Shown one piece after another: positions 60,700 to 64,000 of a DNA stretch of 64,000 nt. Position 1 is the stretch's first letter, and each line of letters opens with the position of its first letter. The notes below the pieces were generated by a model. The model was not told the origin of the DNA. It did not search any database and saw only the letters and a list, made by a program, of their open reading frames with translations. A program made the translations under genes and the position numbers. The DNA lies in the NCBI GenBank assembly GCA_965263035.1, contig OZ253580.1, positions 4,224,001 through 4,288,000 on the forward strand, in the 5' to 3' direction. This DNA is from Acidobacteriota bacterium (GTDB lineage Bacteria; Acidobacteriota; UBA6911; RPQK01; JAJDTT01).

Positions 60700-63600
60700 A
60701 TGCTCAGACGCTTCATCGACTACCACCTCGATCACCATTGGGTCGTCCTGTTCGGCCTGGTGGTGCTCGTTGCGGCCGGCCTCAACGCTCTTTACCGGAT
60801 TCCCATCGACGCGTTTCCGGACCTGACCAACAACCAGGTCACGGTCATCACCAAAGCGCCGGGCATGGCGCCGGTGGAGGTCGAGCAACTGGTGACCTTC
60901 CCGATCGAGTCGGCCATGATGGGCCTTCCCGACACCGAAGAAGTCCGCTCGATTTCCAAACTGGGTCTTTCCTTGGTCACCATTGTTTTTGCTGACAGCG
61001 TGGACAACTATTTCGCGCGGCAGCTCGTCAACGAACGGCTGAACGAAGCGCGCGGCCGGATTCCGGCCGGCCTCGAGCCGGCGTTGGGGCCTTTGGCGAC
61101 GGCCTTCGGCGAGGTGTATCGGTATACGCTCGAAGGTGAACGCTATAGCACGATGGAGCTGAAGACGCTCCACGACTGGGAGATCAAATACCAACTGCGG
61201 GCCGTGCCGGGCGTAGCCGACATCAACACCTGGGGCGGCTACACGCGGCAGTACGAGATCGAGGTGGATCCCTATCGGCTGCGCGCTCACGGGCTGACGC
61301 TCCGTGACGTGTTCGAGCGGGTTCGGGAAAACAACGACAACTTCGGCGGCGGGTTCGTCGAGCATGCCTCCGAGCAGTACACCGTCCGCGGGCTGGGCCG
61401 CGTCAGGAGCGAGCGGGACTTGGGGACGATCGTCCTGGCGGCCCACGAAGGAACTGCGGTCTACCTGCGTGACGTCGCCGAGGTCAAGGTTGGGCAAATG
61501 CCGCGGCAAGGGGCGGTCACGCGCGACGGCAAGGGCGAGACCGTCTCCGGCATGGTGATCATGCTCAGAGGCCAGAACAGCAAGACGGTCATCGAGCGCG
61601 TCAAAAAGGCGCTCGAAGGGATTCGCCGTTCGCTTCCCGAGGGCGTGAAGATCGTTCCCTTCTACGACCAGTCGGTGGTGATCGACGGGACCATCCGCAC
61701 GGTGCGCGAAAATCTGCTCCTGGGCGGGGCGCTGGTAGTGGCGATTCTGTTCTTTTTTCTCGGCAACTTTCGCGCGGCTCTGATCGTGGCGGCGGTGATT
61801 CCGCTGTCCATGCTCTTCGCGTTTCTGGGAATGCGATGGTTCGGCATCACCGCCAATCTGATGAGCCTGGGAGCGATCGACTTCGGCATGATCGTCGACG
61901 GCGCGGTGATCATGGTCGAGAACCATGTGCGGCGTCTGAATGCGCGTCCAAACCACGACGTACCGCTGACCCAGGACGAGAGCCTGGGCCTGGTGCGCAC
62001 GGCGGCGCACCAGGTGTCCCGGCCGATCCTGACGGGCGTCGCCATCATCATCGCGGTTTACGTGCCGATCCTGAGTTTGCAGGGGCTCGAAGGCCGCATG
62101 TATCGTCCCATGGCCGTTACCGTGTGCGCGGCGCTTTTGGGCTCGCTGGTTCTGACCCTGGCAATGGTGCCGGCCGCATCCCGGCTGTTACTGGGACGCA
62201 GCACGAAGAAATCCAGAGAGCCCTTTATGGACCGCGCGCGGGAGGTCTACGGGCGCGTCGTGAACTACGCGCTCGATCACCGGGGGCTTGTGGTCACCGC
62301 GGGCTTGCTTGTGGTCGCCGTCCCCCTGGGCTCGCTGCGCTTCATCGGCACCGAATTCATGCCGCGCCTCGACGAGGGGTCCATGCTGGTTCAGACGCTT
62401 CGGCTTCCCAGCATCTCGTTGTCCGAATCGGTGGACATCGGGCTCGAAGTCGAAAGGACGTTGCTGGAGTTCCCCGAGGTGACCGGCGTAGTCGGCATGC
62501 TGGGCCGGCCCGACCTCGCCACCGAGGCGATGGGCATCTACGAGAGCGACGTGTTCGTGAAGTTGAAGCCGCGTGACCAATGGACCACGGCCGGCACCAA
62601 AGAAGGACTGACGGAAGCCATGGCGGCGGAACTGTCGAAGATTCCCGGGGTCGTCTTCAACTTTACGCAGCCGATGGCGATGCGCCTGGGCGAGACCATT
62701 TCCGGCGTGGAGGCTGACGTCGCGGTCAAGATCTTCGGACCCGACGAGCAAGTGCTCGACCACACGGCCGACGAAGTGCTGCGCGTGCTCGGGCAGGTGC
62801 GCGGTGCCGCCGACGCCCAGAAGCAAGTCTTTTCCGGCGCGGCCGAGTGGCAGGTTGTCGTGGACCGGGACGAACTGGCACGTTACGGCCTCAATGTTTC
62901 GGACGTTCGCGACGTGGTGCAGGCCGCGGTGGGCGGCAAGGCGGTGACGGAAGTCATCGATGGCCGCCGCCGGTTTCAGATCGCCGTTCGATTGCCCGAG
63001 TCCTATCGCAGGGACCGCGACGCGCTCGGCAGCATTCTGCTGGCGGCGCCGGCGGGAGAGCAGGTTCCGTTGGCCCGTGTGGCCGAGATTCGCCGCGCCA
63101 GCGGTCCGGAGGTCGTCCATCGCGAAGACAGCCAGCGCCGTATTGTGGTGCAGTGCAATGTCCGCGGGCGCGATCTGGGCAGTTTCGTCGCCGCAGCGCA
63201 ACGCCGCATTCAAGCGGCCGTGGACCTGCCGGCAGGCTACTACATCACCTGGGGCGGCCAGTTCGAAAACCAGCAGCGGGCCATGCAGCGGATGATTTTG
63301 GTCCTGCCGGCGGTCCTGCTGGTGATCTTCACGCTGTTGTACCTCACGTTCCGATCAGCCAAGCAATCGTCGCTGGTGCTGCTCATCGTTCCGTTCGCCA
63401 CGGTCGGCGGGATCGCCGCGCTGTGGCTGCGGGGAATGAACCTGAATGTTTCGGCCTCGATCGGCTTTATCGCCGTGTTCGGCGTGGCGGTGCTGGACGG
63501 ACTGGTGATGGTCTCGACGACCAACTCCCTGCTGGAACGGGGCCGTCCGCTTCGCGAGGCGGTCGTTGAGGGCGCCGTGACGCGGCTGCGCCCGGTTCTG

Positions 63601-63798
63601 ATGACTTCGTTGGTGGCCAGTCTGGGGTTCCTTCCGATGGCGGTCGCAACTTCGATCGGCGCCGAAGTTCAGCGCCCGCTGGCCACTGTGGTGATCGGCG
63701 GGCTGGTCAGTTCGACGATCCTGACGCTGCTGTTGTTGCCGGCTCTTTACAGTTGGTTCCTGCCCAGGAACAGGGTTTCCAGCATGGAACGGAACTGA
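60700..63798 (+). CDS. czcA: CzcA/CusA heavy-metal RND permease
   Basis: DAFPD, NLMSLGAIDFG, GTEFMP.LDEG, RLRPVLMT, AEVQRPLA. Confidence 0.9.
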   Translation: MLRRFIDYHLDHHWVVLFGLVVLVAAGLNALYRIPIDAFPDLTNNQVTVITKAPGMAPVEVEQLVTFPIESAMMGLPDTEEVRSISKLGLSLVTIVFADSVDNYFARQLVNERLNEARGRIPAGLEPALGPLATAFGEVYRYTLEGERYSTMELKTLHDWEIKYQLRAVPGVADINTWGGYTRQYEIEVDPYRLRAHGLTLRDVFERVRENNDNFGGGFVEHASEQYTVRGLGRVRSERDLGTIVLAAHEGTAVYLRDVAEVKVGQMPRQGAVTRDGKGETVSGMVIMLRGQNSKTVIERVKKALEGIRRSLPEGVKIVPFYDQSVVIDGTIRTVRENLLLGGALVVAILFFFLGNFRAALIVAAVIPLSMLFAFLGMRWFGITANLMSLGAIDFGMIVDGAVIMVENHVRRLNARPNHDVPLTQDESLGLVRTAAHQVSRPILTGVAIIIAVYVPILSLQGLEGRMYRPMAVTVCAALLGSLVLTLAMVPAASRLLLGRSTKKSREPFMDRAREVYGRVVNYALDHRGLVVTAGLLVVAVPLGSLRFIGTEFMPRLDEGSMLVQTLRLPSISLSESVDIGLEVERTLLEFPEVTGVVGMLGRPDLATEAMGIYESDVFVKLKPRDQWTTAGTKEGLTEAMAAELSKIPGVVFNFTQPMAMRLGETISGVEADVAVKIFGPDEQVLDHTADEVLRVLGQVRGAADAQKQVFSGAAEWQVVVDRDELARYGLNVSDVRDVVQAAVGGKAVTEVIDGRRRFQIAVRLPESYRRDRDALGSILLAAPAGEQVPLARVAEIRRASGPEVVHREDSQRRIVVQCNVRGRDLGSFVAAAQRRIQAAVDLPAGYYITWGGQFENQQRAMQRMILVLPAVLLVIFTLLYLTFRSAKQSSLVLLIVPFATVGGIAALWLRGMNLNVSASIGFIAVFGVAVLDGLVMVSTTNSLLERGRPLREAVVEGAVTRLRPVLMTSLVASLGFLPMAVATSIGAEVQRPLATVVIGGLVSSTILTLLLLPALYSWFLPRNRVSSMERN

Positions 63799-63960
63799 GG
63801 AACAGAGGAAAGAGGAGAGAGTGAGGAAAAGCGGGTATTTTACGCGCAGCGCGGCGCAGACCGGGAAATGGTCTCGTCGAGGACAAGTGAGGCAGATTGG
63901 ATTGAGACCTTGTTTCTTCCATGAATTCGCCGGTGCCCGGCCGGTGAGGGAGCTTCTCCC

Positions 63961-64000
63961 ATGAATCGTAGAAAGTTCCTCGCCCTCTCAAGTACCGCCA
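63961..64000 (+). CDS. Start of a Tat-exported protein, truncated by the window end
   Basis: GAGGGAG RBS then MNRRKFLALSSTA. Confidence 0.55.
   Translation, partial: MNRRKFLALSSTA

Overview
GC-rich bacterial genomic DNA, probably Acidobacteria-like (inferred from the TonB receptor type, DUF1549/1553 + DUF1501 pair, many secreted beta-propeller proteins and Tat signals). The metabolic backbone includes an M24 hydrolase, class III aminotransferase, ArgE-like deacetylase, ilvD, enolase-family enzyme, PQQ sugar dehydrogenase, esterases, P450, homocysteine methyltransferase, dipeptidase, BNR proteins and a CzcCBA-type pump. Several mobile elements can be resolved to the base. (1) A 2578-bp large serine recombinase element sits in the Walker A codons of a ~1760-aa helicase-nuclease gene; one of its own genes gains its RBS and start codon only in the excised circle. 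(2) Two 630-nt ORF-less class IIC group II introns are inserted at the same position of a REP-like hairpin. (3) An IS110 with a readable bridge RNA targets the same REP family. (4) There are two copies of a 159-bp MITE. (5) A triplicated segment has junctions carrying cargo genes bounded by a second palindromic repeat. No rRNA, tRNA or CRISPR array was seen. All alignments were done by eye.
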